DNA from: a virus
Taxonomy: Duplodnaviria > Heunggongvirae > Uroviricota > Caudoviricetes
Length of the DNA stretch: 45,369 nucleotides
IMG/VR virus record: IMGVR_UViG_2684622541_000015
Direction: 5' to 3' (one strand)
Shown: positions 7,918 to 17,200 of the stretch, in pieces
Position numbering within the stretch: the first letter of the stretch is position 1
How the letters are laid out: each line of letters opens with the position of its first letter
The notes under the pieces: model-generated
Databases searched by the model: none
The model's input: only the letters and a program-made list of their open reading frames with translations
Told to the model about the DNA's origin: nothing
Program-made: the position numbers and the translations under genes

Positions 7918-8406
7918 ATGAGTCTTTTGAATGAAGTTCAGAAATTCATTGAAGCCCATCCGGGGTGTACTTCCGGAGACATTGCGGATGCTTTTGCAGG
8001 TTACTCACGGCAGCGCGTTCTGCAGTCAGCAAGCAAGTTACGTCAGAGTGGGCGTGTGGCTCACCGTTATGAAGGAGATACACGCAGACATTTCCCACGC
8101 CTGACTGAGAGAGCGCAGGAGCCGGAACCACAACCAGTTCGTGAAACCAGACCTGTGCGCAATTTCTATGTCGGCACTAACGATCCCCGGGTGATTTTGT
8201 GCCTGACCCGCCAGGCGGAAGAACTGGAGTCCAGGGGCTTATACCGTCGTGCTGCAACGGTGTGGATGGCGGCATTCCGTGAAAGCCACTCCCAGCCAGA
8301 ACGAAACAATTTTCTGGCGCGTCGTGAGCGGTGCTTACGGAAAAGCAGCAAGCGCGCTGCATCGGGTGAAGAGTGGTATCTGTCAGGGAATTACGTGGGG
8401 GCTTAA
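7918..8406 (+). CDS. PerC-family-like transcriptional regulator
   Basis: Motif AEELESRGLYRRAATVWMAAF...RRERC matches the pattern I recall for PerC/Pch-like prophage regulators. First ATG at 7918; track start 7912 is GTG. Confidence 0.45.
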   Translation: MSLLNEVQKFIEAHPGCTSGDIADAFAGYSRQRVLQSASKLRQSGRVAHRYEGDTRRHFPRLTERAQEPEPQPVRETRPVRNFYVGTNDPRVILCLTRQAEELESRGLYRRAATVWMAAFRESHSQPERNNFLARRERCLRKSSKRAASGEEWYLSGNYVGA

Positions 8407-9059
8407 TGAGTAATAAATATTGCCAGGCGCTGGTGGAGCTGCGGAACAAACCAGCCCATGAACTGAAGGAAGTGGGCGATCAGTGGCGCACGCCGGATAA
8501 CATTTTCTGGGGAATTAACACCCTGTTTGGCCCGTTTGTTCTGGATCTGTTCACTGATGGTGATAACGCCAAATGTGCCGCTTATTACACTGCGGAAGAC
8601 AACGCGCTGGCGCATGACTGGTCTGAACGTCTTGCGGAGCTTAAAGGTGCTGCCTTTGGTAATCCCCCGTACAGCCGCGCCAGTCAGCATGAAGGGCAAT
8701 ACATCACCGGCATGCGTTACATCATGAAACATGCCAGTGCCATGCGTGATAAGGGCGGACGCTATGTTTTCCTGATCAAAGCTGCCACCAGCGAAGTGTG
8801 GTGGCCGGAAGATGCAGATCATATTGCTTTTATTCGCGGGCGTATTGGTTTTGAACTGCCTGCCTGGTTTATCCCGAAGGACGAGAAGCAGGTGCCGACA
8901 GGCGCTTTCTTCGCTGGTGCTATTGCTGTTTTCGACAAGACCTGGAAGGGACCGGCAATCAGCTACATCGGGCGCGATGAACTTGAGGCATGTGGTGAGG
9001 CGTTTCTGGCGCAGGTTCGCCAGCAGGCGGAAAAACTGGTCAGGGAGATGGCGGCATGA
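8406..9059 (+). CDS. phage N6-adenine DNA methyltransferase (Dam-like phage family)
   Basis: Contains the NPPY motif (AAFGNPPYSR) typical of N6A methyltransferases. ATG overlaps the upstream stop (TAATG). Confidence 0.6.
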   Translation: MSNKYCQALVELRNKPAHELKEVGDQWRTPDNIFWGINTLFGPFVLDLFTDGDNAKCAAYYTAEDNALAHDWSERLAELKGAAFGNPPYSRASQHEGQYITGMRYIMKHASAMRDKGGRYVFLIKAATSEVWWPEDADHIAFIRGRIGFELPAWFIPKDEKQVPTGAFFAGAIAVFDKTWKGPAISYIGRDELEACGEAFLAQVRQQAEKLVREMAA

Positions 9060-9382
9060 CGACGTTAACTCAATGCCAGCAGCAGGTGCTGGATATGCTG
9101 ATTTCTTACCAGAAAGAACGTGGCTTCCCGCCAACCAATCAGGAGGTGGCAACCATGCTGGGATACCGTTCAGTGAATGCAGCGGTGGAACATCTTCGCG
9201 CACTGGAGAAAAAAGGCGTCATCACGATAAAGCGTGGCATGGCCCGGGGTATCACTCTTCATACCGCGGTGAAGGACGACGACAGCGAGGCGGTCGGGAT
9301 TATCCGCTCACTGCTTGCCGGTGAGGAAAACGCCAGGCTGCGTGCAACCCACTGGTTACATGAGAGAGGCCTGAAAGTATGA
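9056..9382 (+). CDS. LexA DNA-binding-domain homolog lacking the S24 peptidase domain
   Basis: 108 aa. N-terminal ~72 aa align in my reading with the LexA winged-HTH domain (QQQVLD...G.PPT..E.A..LG.RS.NA...HL.AL..KGVI....G..RGI.L). No Ser/Lys peptidase domain follows. Confidence 0.55.
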   Translation: MTTLTQCQQQVLDMLISYQKERGFPPTNQEVATMLGYRSVNAAVEHLRALEKKGVITIKRGMARGITLHTAVKDDDSEAVGIIRSLLAGEENARLRATHWLHERGLKV

Positions 9383-9768
9383 AGCTGATCCTGCCTTTCC
9401 CGCCCAGCGTGAACACGTACTGGCGACACCCCAACAAAGGGGCATTTGCTGGTAAGAGCCTGATAAGCGCGGCGGGGCGAAAATTTCAGAGCGCGGCGTG
9501 CGCAGCAATAGTTGAGCAGTTACGTCGTCTGCCAAAACCAACGTCGGCACCTGCTTCAGTGGAGATCGTGTTGTTTCCTCCGGATAACCGGATCCGCGAT
9601 CTGGACAACTATAACAAGGCGCTGTTTGACGCCCTGACCCACGCGGGGGTGTGGGAAGACGACAGCCAGGTGAAAAGAATGCTGGTGGAGTGGGGACCGG
9701 TTATCCAGAAAGGGAAGGTCGAGATCACTATCAGTAAGTATGAGAAACCGGCGGGTGCAGCCGCCTGA
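9379..9768 (+). CDS. rusA: RusA-family Holliday junction resolvase
   Basis: Motifs LPFPPSVNTYWRH and RDLDNYNKALFDALTHAGVWEDDSQV match the RusA family (E. coli RusA has LPWPPSNNRYYRH / [26 protein letters not shown]). Confidence 0.75.
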   Translation: MKLILPFPPSVNTYWRHPNKGAFAGKSLISAAGRKFQSAACAAIVEQLRRLPKPTSAPASVEIVLFPPDNRIRDLDNYNKALFDALTHAGVWEDDSQVKRMLVEWGPVIQKGKVEITISKYEKPAGAAA

Positions 9769-9787
9769 TCAAGAGGAGAAACGAAGT

Positions 9788-10597
9788 ATGAATAATCTGA
9801 TGGTCATTGATGGTATTGAAGTTCGTCGTGATGCTTATGGGCGTTACAGCCTGAACGATCTGCACAGGGCAGCCGGGGGAGAACAAAAAAACCGCCCGAA
9901 ATACTGGCTCTCCAATAAGCAAACCTGTGAATTGATTGAACAACTTTTCACCGAGGGTGGAATTCCGCCTCTGGAACAAAATCAACCAGTTAGCGTCATT
10001 AATGGCGGAAATAACCAGGGGACGTATGTCTGCAAAGAACTGGTGTATGCCTATGCAATGTGGATCAGCCCGTCATTCCATCTGAAGGTGATCCGTACTT
10101 TCGACATGGTAACCAGCGCACCGGAAAAATTATCCGGACAGGCTGCTGACAAGATGCAGGCTGGCGTGATCCTGCTGGACTTTATGCGCCGGGAATTAAA
10201 TCTGTCTAACTCATCAGTGCTTGGAGCCTGTCAGAAGCTTCAGGAGGCTGTTGGCTTACCGAATCTGGCACCGCGCTATGCCATTGATGCTCCTGCTGAC
10301 GCGCCTGATGGCTCAAGTCGCCCCACGCTGTCGCTGAGTGCACTGCTGAAGCAGTATGGTATCCGCCTGACGGCTAATCAGGCATATCACCAGATGGTGA
10401 AGCTGGGGATCGTTGAACAACGCGAACGATACAGCCGTACCGCGATTAACAACATCAAAAAATTCTGGTCGCTGACGGCGAAAGGCTGCATGTTCGGCAA
10501 GAACATCACCAGTCCTGCAAATCCGCGCGAGACGCAGCCGCATTTCTTCGAATCCCGATTCCCTGAGCTGTTAAAGCTGCTCGATACCGTTCATTGA
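9788..10597 (+). CDS. KilA-N domain protein (antirepressor-like)
   Basis: ATG at 9788 preceded by AAGAGGAG. N-terminus MNNLMVIDGIEVRRDAYGRYSLNDLHRAAGG is characteristic of the KilA-N DNA-binding domain. Confidence 0.55.
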   Translation: MNNLMVIDGIEVRRDAYGRYSLNDLHRAAGGEQKNRPKYWLSNKQTCELIEQLFTEGGIPPLEQNQPVSVINGGNNQGTYVCKELVYAYAMWISPSFHLKVIRTFDMVTSAPEKLSGQAADKMQAGVILLDFMRRELNLSNSSVLGACQKLQEAVGLPNLAPRYAIDAPADAPDGSSRPTLSLSALLKQYGIRLTANQAYHQMVKLGIVEQRERYSRTAINNIKKFWSLTAKGCMFGKNITSPANPRETQPHFFESRFPELLKLLDTVH

Positions 10598-10598
10598 G

Positions 10599-11594
10599 GT
10601 GACCGTGAGAGCACTACTGACCCCTGAAATTGCCCCGCGTATGGGGATCGTATTGTTCAGGCCAGGTTCAGAGCTGATGCCCCTGTTTATGCAGGGGCGT
10701 GTTCTGCTGGAGCCTGAGCCGGAACGTTATTCATCTTTCGCCAGTGGTGCCGTTCCGGCGGCATCACAACCGCTGGCGGATGATCCTGCCGTTCGGGCCG
10801 TGTTCCGCAATGAGGCAGTGATCCGTCGTGCTGGTGGCGTGGAATGTCTTGAAAGCTGGTTACTTCGTGAAAAAGGCTGCCAGTGGCCTCATTCCGACTG
10901 GCACAGCGAGAACATGACCACAATGCGACACGCTCCGGGCGCAATCCGTCTGTGCTGGCACTGCGATAACCAGCTGCGCGATCAGTTCACGGAACGGCTG
11001 GAATCAATGGCAACGGATAACTGTGCCCGCTGGGTGTTGTCTGTTGTGCGTCGGGATCTCGGTTTTGATGATAGTCACGTTGTGACAATGCCGGAACTGT
11101 GCTGGTGGCTGATTCGTAATGACCTGGCGGATGCCTTACCGGAAAGTGCAGCCCGTAAGGCACTGAGATTACCAAAGCCTGTTGTGCCGTCTGTCACCCG
11201 GGAAAGTGACCTTGTGCCTTCGGTTCCTGCCACCAGCATCATCCAGGATAAGGCAAAAAAGGTGCTGGCGCTGAAAGTGGATCCGGAGTCGCCGGAGTCT
11301 TTTATGTTACGCCCAAAACGCCGCCGCTGGGTTAATGAAAAGTACACGCGCTGGGTTAAGACACAGCCGTGTGCATGTTGTGGAAAGCCTGCTGATGATC
11401 CCCACCACCTGATAGGCCACGGTCAGGGTGGAATGGGTACAAAAGCGCATGACCTCTTTGTGTTGCCTTTGTGCAGAAAGCATCACGACGAGCTGCATGC
11501 GGATACCGTGGCATTTGAAGAGAAGTATGGCTCCCAGCTGGAGCTGATATTTCGTTTTATCGATCGTGCGCTGGCAATTGGCGTATTGGCGTAA
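10599..11594 (+). CDS. DUF968-like prophage protein with C-terminal Cys/His cluster
   Basis: C-terminal CACCGKP...HHLIGHG...LCRKHHDELH cluster resembles the DUF968 family; start codon uncertain (GTG at 10599). Confidence 0.5.
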   Translation: MTVRALLTPEIAPRMGIVLFRPGSELMPLFMQGRVLLEPEPERYSSFASGAVPAASQPLADDPAVRAVFRNEAVIRRAGGVECLESWLLREKGCQWPHSDWHSENMTTMRHAPGAIRLCWHCDNQLRDQFTERLESMATDNCARWVLSVVRRDLGFDDSHVVTMPELCWWLIRNDLADALPESAARKALRLPKPVVPSVTRESDLVPSVPATSIIQDKAKKVLALKVDPESPESFMLRPKRRRWVNEKYTRWVKTQPCACCGKPADDPHHLIGHGQGGMGTKAHDLFVLPLCRKHHDELHADTVAFEEKYGSQLELIFRFIDRALAIGVLA

Positions 11595-11607
11595 GTGGAG
11601 AACGAGC

Positions 11608-12360
11608 ATGAACCTTGAAGCCTTACCAAAATATTACTCCCCAAAATCTCCAAAATTGAGCGATGACGCACCGGCGACAGGCTCAGGTGGTTTAACGATT
11701 ACGGATGTGATGGCTGCGCAGGGGATGGTGCAGTCGAAAGCACCGCTTGGGTTTGCCTTATTCCTGGCAAAAGTTGGTGTTCAGGATCCTCAATTTGCGA
11801 TTGAAGGTCTGCTCAATTACGCGATGGCACTGGATAACCCGACATTGAACAAATTGAGTGAAGAAACCCGGTTACAGATCATCCCTTACCTTGTGAATTT
11901 TGCCTTTGCTGATTATTCCAGGTCTGCGGCAAGTAAGGCTCGCTGTGAGCATTGTGCTGGTACTGGATTTCATAATGTATTGCGCGAAGTGGTGAAACAC
12001 TCCAGAAGCGGGGAATCTGTTATCAAGGAAGAGTGGGTGAAGGAACTATGTCAGCATTGCCATGGTAAGGGAGAAGTCAGCACAGCGTGCAGAGGGTGTA
12101 AGGGTAAAGGTATTGTCCTGGATGAAAAAAGAACCCGGCTTCATGGTGTGCCTGTTTATAAGATTTGTGGGCGTTGCAATGGCAACCGGTTTAGCCGTTT
12201 ACCAACCACACTGGCGCGGCATCATGTCCAGAAACTGGTACCGGACCTGACGGATTATCAGTGGTACAAAGGATATGCAGACGTTATTAATAAACTGGTT
12301 ACAAAGTGCTGGCAGGAAGAAGCGTATGCTGAATCGCAATTGAGAAAAGTGACAAGATAG
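11608..12360 (+). CDS. late-gene antiterminator Q-like protein
   Basis: Position just upstream of the late promoter/terminator and lysis genes. Cys-rich zinc-binding segment (CEHCAGTG...CQHCHGKGE...CRGCKGKG). RBS GTGGAG before ATG 11608. Confidence 0.6.
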   Translation: MNLEALPKYYSPKSPKLSDDAPATGSGGLTITDVMAAQGMVQSKAPLGFALFLAKVGVQDPQFAIEGLLNYAMALDNPTLNKLSEETRLQIIPYLVNFAFADYSRSAASKARCEHCAGTGFHNVLREVVKHSRSGESVIKEEWVKELCQHCHGKGEVSTACRGCKGKGIVLDEKRTRLHGVPVYKICGRCNGNRFSRLPTTLARHHVQKLVPDLTDYQWYKGYADVINKLVTKCWQEEAYAESQLRKVTR

Positions 12361-12391
12361 ATAATTTTCGCCGAAGATGTCGACGTGATAC

Positions 12392-12420
12392 TTGCATTTT
12401 TCAAAAAATATGGATAAGAT
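12392..12420 (+). promoter_or_regulatory. late promoter (pR'-like) just downstream of Q
   Basis: TTGCAT (12392..12397), 17-nt spacer, TAAGAT (12415..12420); followed ~45 nt later by a strong terminator, the arrangement expected for Q-dependent antitermination. Confidence 0.45.
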
Positions 12421-12462
12421 TTTCTCAACGATGGGCCTTGTATGTCTACCGTTGGTAAATGT

Positions 12463-12490
12463 CAAAAACCCGCCGCTGAGCGGGTTTTTT
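12463..12490 (+). terminator. intrinsic terminator (tR'-like)
   Basis: A-run, hairpin CCCGC-CGCTGA-GCGGG, T6 run. Confidence 0.6.
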
Positions 12491-12639
12491 GTGCCTGATG
12501 TCTCATGAAACTATGAAATGGATTGGTGCGTTAAACATTTTTTCTTATTATCTTTTAGATTTTGGAGAGATGGTTAACGTCTGTATTCCAGAAACTCGAT
12601 GGTTATTTAATAAATTAGTTTCAATGATGCTTCTAGGTT

Positions 12640-13065
12640 ATGACTGTAATGAAAAAGGTATTAATAGCAGCGATAGGTTTTTGTTTAGTTGGTTGTGCAG
12701 GTATGAAATTACCTGAGTATTCGCAAGTTAAAGCAAGTCCGTATTATACAGATTGCCGTGCGTTTGCCATGGATGTTTATAAAAATGATGGATACAGCAA
12801 AATTGCGAAAACTACTATCCTTAGCATGGATGATGTGAAAGCTAGATATATTGTGACAGGGTGTGTAGTTGCTATGGGGAAAAACACTGTAGAGGAAATC
12901 AAAGCTGATCTCTCTGCTAAAGGGAGTTCTTTTGGGCTTATCAGTGGAGCTTGTTCTAGTGCGGCATGTCGGGTTGATGTAGAGCAGCAAATGAACGCTT
13001 ATGTACTTGGTAGTTATTATGCTGCAAATAAAAAATTCCCGGATAAAATGAAAGCAGAGTTTTAA
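12640..13065 (+). CDS. lipoprotein moron (Cys-rich, unknown function)
   Basis: Signal peptide with lipobox LVGC (MKKVLIAAIGFCLVGCAG); eight Cys; AT-rich; bracketed by two near-identical terminators. Start may be ATG 12649. Confidence 0.6.
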   Translation: MTVMKKVLIAAIGFCLVGCAGMKLPEYSQVKASPYYTDCRAFAMDVYKNDGYSKIAKTTILSMDDVKARYIVTGCVVAMGKNTVEEIKADLSAKGSSFGLISGACSSAACRVDVEQQMNAYVLGSYYAANKKFPDKMKAEF

Positions 13066-13140
13066 GCAAACCTTGTTTTCGATTATATGTCGAAGATAAA
13101 TGTTAGTAACGGCATAATAAGTAAATATATAGCTGTGATA

Positions 13141-13168
13141 GCAACCCGCCACTGAGCGGGTTTTTTGT
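13141..13168 (+). terminator. intrinsic terminator, near-duplicate of 12463..12490
   Basis: Hairpin CCCGC-CACTGA-GCGGG plus T6; shares ~24 nt (ACCCGCCnCTGAGCGGGTTTTTTGT) with the upstream terminator. Confidence 0.6.
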
Positions 13169-13288
13169 ACCCGTAAACTTGGTGCAGTACAGTAAACACG
13201 CTGGTGGTCGTGAATACTGACTTTTTATCTTGCTGGCTTTTTAGACAAGAGTTATTGGTATGTCATGTTAACCAGAAGGGAAAAAGAC

Positions 13289-13492
13289 ATGCTAAAACAG
13301 CAAGATATGACAGAAACCGCCGCCGCAGTCCTTCATTTCTTACCTGCTGACAAGTGGGTAACGCCACGCATGATGACGAGAACTACCGGAGTAAGCGAAG
13401 CCCGGTGCCAGTTAATACTGACTCAGTTAGTTCTGGCGGGTCTGGCGAAGGATAACGGCGGGTACGGGAATAAATTCAGACGCTGCCAGTAA
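13289..13492 (+). CDS. hypothetical small protein
   Basis: ATG at 13289 with AAGGG ~9 nt upstream (track start 13265 lacks an RBS). 67 aa, no motif recognised. Confidence 0.35.
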   Translation: MLKQQDMTETAAAVLHFLPADKWVTPRMMTRTTGVSEARCQLILTQLVLAGLAKDNGGYGNKFRRCQ

Positions 13493-13642
13493 TGGCGGTT
13501 TCCTGCTGTGAAAATGGGCGGCTGGTGGGTGTTGGTAGCACCTGCCAGCCATTCGCTCATGCTTACTGGTCACAAGCGAACCACGGCCCACTGCTTTAGC
13601 GCAAAAGCAGAGTGAGCCTACCAGAGTTACGCTTACTGATCC

Positions 13643-14695
13643 ATGAAAAATACTGTAAAAATAAACAGTGTTGATTTAATCAACGCTGATTGCCTGCATT
13701 TTATTCAGTCCCTGCCTGATGATTCCATTGACCTGATTGTTACCGATCCGCCTTACTTCAAGGTGAAACCCAACGGTTGGGACAATCAGTGGAAAGGGGA
13801 CGAAGATTACCTTAAGTGGCTGGACCACTGTCTGGCCCAGTTCTGGCGGGTGTTGAAACCTGCCGGAAGCCTTTACCTGTTCTGTGGGCATCGCCTGGCA
13901 TCTGATATTGAGATCATGATGCGTGAACGTTTCAACGTGCTTAACCATATCATCTGGGCGAAGCCGTCCGGACGTTGGAATGGGTGTAATAAAGAAAGTC
14001 TGCGCGCATATTTTCCTGCCACAGAGCGCGTTCTGTTTGCTGAACATTACCAGGGGCCATATCGCGGCAAAAGTGACGGCTATGCGGCAAAAGAAAGGGA
14101 ACTCAAACAGCACATAATGGCACCGCTGATATCGTATTTCAGGGATGCTCGTGCCGAACTGGGTATAACGGCAAAACAAATTGCCGAAGCCACAGGTAAG
14201 AAAAATATGGTTTCCCACTGGTTTGGTGCCAGTCAGTGGCAGTTGCCGAATGAGGCTGACTATCGGAAGTTACAGGCACTGTTTTCCCGTATAGCGGCAG
14301 AGAAGTTTCAGGAACAACAACTGGAACAACCACACCACCAGCTGGTGGCATCTTATGATTCACTGAATCGTAAATATTCTGAATTGCTGGATGAGTTTAA
14401 ATCTCTCCGGCGCTATTTCTCCGTATCAGTCTCCGTGCCTTATACCGATGTCTGGATGCATAAACCCGTTCAGTTCTACCCGGGGAAACATCCGTGTGAG
14501 AAACCGGCGGATATGCTCAGGCAAATAATCAATGCCAGTAGTCGACCAGGTGATCTGGTTGCTGATTTTTTTATGGGATCCGGTTCCACAATAAAAGCAG
14601 CAATGGCGCTGGGGCGTCGGGCCTTAGGTGTTGAGCTTGAGTCAGAGCGGTTTAATCAGACAGTGAAAGAGATAAACGAGCTGGTGGGGAAATAA
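13643..14695 (+). CDS. DNA methyltransferase (beta-class N6A/N4C; orphan, no adjacent nuclease seen)
   Basis: N-terminal motif [12 protein letters not shown] and C-terminal motif [14 protein letters not shown], the beta-class order. Flanking genes are lysis/moron genes, not a restriction enzyme. Confidence 0.7.
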
Positions 14696-14762
14696 TCTGG
14701 TGGCCACGTCAGGTGGCCTTTTTATTTCCATTACACAGCACCCGCATCTGCGAGGTGGGGTT

Positions 14763-14978
14763 ATGAAATCCATGGATAAGTTAACAACGGGTGTCGCCTA
14801 TGGCACCTCAGCAGGTAGTGCCGGGTACTGGTTTTTACAGTTGCTCGATAAAGTCACGCCCTCACAGTGGGCGGCAATAGGTGTGCTGGGTAGTCTGGTA
14901 TTTGGCTTGCTGACGTATCTGACAAACCTTTATTTCAAGATTAAAGAAGACAAGCGTAAGGCTGCACGGGGAGAGTAA
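14763..14978 (+). CDS. pinholin, S21-like (dual-start motif MKSMDK)
   Basis: 71 aa with two TM segments; near-identical in my recollection to phage 21 S pinholin (…[17 protein letters not shown]…[12 protein letters not shown]…YLTNLYFKI…RKAARGE). Two in-frame Met codons at residues 1 and 4. Confidence 0.7.
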
Positions 14979-14982
14979 TTCA

Positions 14983-15333
14983 ATGACTCAAAACTATGAA
15001 CTGATTGTGAAAGGGATCCGCAATTTTGAGAATAAAGTTACGGTAACTTTAGCGTTACGGGACAAAAAACGCTTTGACGGTGAAATTTTTGACCTGGACA
15101 TCTCGCTGGACCGTGTTGAAGGTGCCGCGCTGGAGTTTTATGAGGCAGCAGCCAGAAGGAGCATCAGACAGGTCTTCCTGGATGTTGCTGCCGGGTTATG
15201 TGAAGGGGATGAGCAGTCGCCGGAAAAGCGCCCCGTAATTTTAGATGCGCAGAATGTTTGGATAACCTACAAAGGAAAGCTACCAGGAAGAATTACTGGT
15301 TCTCTGAAGACTCCTCCGGAATCACAACCTTAA
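14983..15333 (+). CDS. hypothetical protein inserted between holin and endolysin
   Basis: 116-aa ORF; GGGGAGAG RBS 8 nt upstream; starts 5 nt after the holin stop. No motif recognised. Confidence 0.45.
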   Translation: MTQNYELIVKGIRNFENKVTVTLALRDKKRFDGEIFDLDISLDRVEGAALEFYEAAARRSIRQVFLDVAAGLCEGDEQSPEKRPVILDAQNVWITYKGKLPGRITGSLKTPPESQP

Positions 15334-15396
15334 GTCACTGACCGGAACAGATAAACCTGTCCGTGGGCAGAAACCGATAAATCCTGATAAATATCC

Positions 15397-15930
15397 ATGA
15401 ACGCAAAAATCAGATACGGCCTGTCGGCTGCCGTTCTGGCACTGATTGCCGTCGGTGCGCCCGCGCCTGATATTCTCGACCAGTTTCTGGATGAAAAAGA
15501 AGGTAACCACACAACGGCATACCGCGATGGGTCCGGCATCTGGACCATCTGTCGGGGTGCCACGATGGTGGATGGAAAACCCGTTTTTCCCGGTATGAAA
15601 CTGTCGAAGGAAAAATGCGACCAGGTCAACGCCATTGAGCGTGATAAGGCGCTGGCATGGGTGGAGCGCAATATTAAAGTACCACTGACCGAGCCACAAA
15701 AAGCGGGTATCGCGTCATTTTGTCCCTATAACATTGGCCCCGGTAAGTGTTTTCCGTCGACGTTTTATAAGCGGCTGAATGCTGGTGATCGTAAAGGTGC
15801 ATGCGAGGCGATTCGCTGGTGGATAAAAGATGGTGGGCGCGATTGCCGCATACGTTCAAATAACTGCTATGGACAGGTTATTCGTCGTGACCAGGAAAGC
15901 GCATTAGCCTGTTGGGGGATAGATCAGTGA
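15397..15930 (+). CDS. SAR endolysin (GH24 lysozyme with N-terminal signal-anchor-release domain)
   Basis: N-terminal weakly hydrophobic Gly/Ala-rich segment ([15 protein letters not shown]), then lysozyme catalytic region ([20 protein letters not shown]) resembling P1 Lyz / T4-lysozyme-type E-D-T triad spacing. Confidence 0.7.
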   Translation: MNAKIRYGLSAAVLALIAVGAPAPDILDQFLDEKEGNHTTAYRDGSGIWTICRGATMVDGKPVFPGMKLSKEKCDQVNAIERDKALAWVERNIKVPLTEPQKAGIASFCPYNIGPGKCFPSTFYKRLNAGDRKGACEAIRWWIKDGGRDCRIRSNNCYGQVIRRDQESALACWGIDQ

Positions 15931-16394
15931 GCAGAGTCGCCGCGATTATTTATGCTCTGGTTATCTGCATCATCGTCTGCCTGTCGTGGGCGGTCAATCA
16001 TTACCGTGATAACGCCATCGCCTACAAAGAACAGCGTGATAAAAAAGTCAGTGAGCTGAAGCAGGCGACCGCCACCATTACTGACATGCAGCAACGCCAG
16101 CGTGCTGCTGATGTACTCGATGCTAAATACACGAAGGAGTTGGCTGATGCGAAAGCTGAAAATGATGCTCTTCGGCGCAAGCTTGATAATGGTGGTCGGG
16201 TGCTCGTCAAAGGAAAATGCTCTGTGCCATCCTCAGCCGAAACCTCCAGCGCCTCCGGCATGGGCAATGATGCCACCGTCGAACTCTCTCCAGTTGCTGG
16301 ACGAAACGTTCTCGGTATCCGGGACGGAATCATCAGAGACCAGACAGCACTGAGAACGCTTCAGGAATATATCAGGACGCAATGCCTTCGATGA
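15927..16394 (+). CDS. i-spanin (Rz-like)
   Basis: N-terminal TM ([19 protein letters not shown]), coiled-coil-like periplasmic domain; GTG start overlapping the endolysin stop; contains an embedded +1-frame lipoprotein ORF. Confidence 0.6.
   Translation: MSRVAAIIYALVICIIVCLSWAVNHYRDNAIAYKEQRDKKVSELKQATATITDMQQRQRAADVLDAKYTKELADAKAENDALRRKLDNGGRVLVKGKCSVPSSAETSSASGMGNDATVELSPVAGRNVLGIRDGIIRDQTALRTLQEYIRTQCLR
16147..16353 (+). CDS. o-spanin (Rz1-like lipoprotein) embedded in Rz
   Basis: Embedded ORF with lipobox (LIMVVGCSS) and proline-rich mature region ([16 protein letters not shown]), the classic Rz1 arrangement. Confidence 0.55.
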   Translation: MRKLKMMLFGASLIMVVGCSSKENALCHPQPKPPAPPAWAMMPPSNSLQLLDETFSVSGTESSETRQH

Positions 16395-17039
16395 TAGCGA
16401 TAATTTTACTCATCATCCTTCACATTTGGCTCTGTAGACAGGGTGGTGATCACTTCTGGAGTGAATCCAGATTAAACATCTCATTGCTGATGCTTGAAGT
16501 TGAGCATCTGGCGCGCGGTAAGGGGCTGCGTTGAAATAAGAGCCAGTCATTAAAAATACCTGGATTTAGCCTCGCATTCGCGGGGCTTTTTATTGCCATT
16601 ACAAAAGCCACTCCCTACAGAGTGGCTTTGATAATGGCTTATACCCTACACGGGATAACTTAACTGATATCCCTTTTAACGGATAAAGGTATTCAAGCCT
16701 GACACATCATGCGCTGTATCGTCGCCGTATTCCCGTATTAACAGAGACCGTAGCCCGACGGGGAACTCCTTCTGCGAGAGTGTGCGGGAATAATCAAAAA
16801 CGATGCACACCGGGTTTTTACCGCGTTTATGGTTCGCGGGTTTGTCCCTCATGCTCGCCAGTCCTGTGCGGGGGTGGAAGAAACAGGATACTCACACAGA
16901 TTCTTGTGGGCACGATGCTATTCCTTTCTGGATTATCCCGATGCCATTCATGCAAGGCGCTGTATCAGACGTTCGTCATGTCTGTCAGGCTGACGGGTCC
17001 TCCCGGTGGAGTGGCCTGCCACGGGGCGGGAGCGTCGCG

Positions 17040-17200
17040 GAAAAAGGCTAGTTTTTGAAATTTCATTCGTCATCACCACCACTGTAATAGATTGATATTA
17101 CAGTGGTTTTGTTTTTATGGTGTCGATTTTGATTGTTTTTTGTTCATCACTAACACCGTTTGCCTAAAGTTGTTCGCGAGATGCATGTTTAAAACATTCT
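17040..17200. other. candidate cos site (cosN/cosB) upstream of the terminase genes
   Basis: ACGGGGCGGGAGCGTCGCGG at 17041..17060 resembles the lambda cohesive-end region (GGGCGGCGACCTCGCGGG), followed by AT-rich hairpin-containing DNA before the small terminase gene. From memory of lambda cos; not verified. Confidence 0.3.

Noticed and set aside
8403-9203. 266-aa minus-strand ORF across the Dam-like methyltransferase and LexA-like genes
   Set aside because: Antisense to ORFs with clear motifs (NPPY; LexA HTH); no supporting signals.
16395-17040. tRNA gene in the Rz-cos interval
   Set aside because: Hairpins are present (for example CTGGA-GTGAA-TCCAG), but no cloverleaf with T-loop and anticodon-arm geometry could be assembled by eye.
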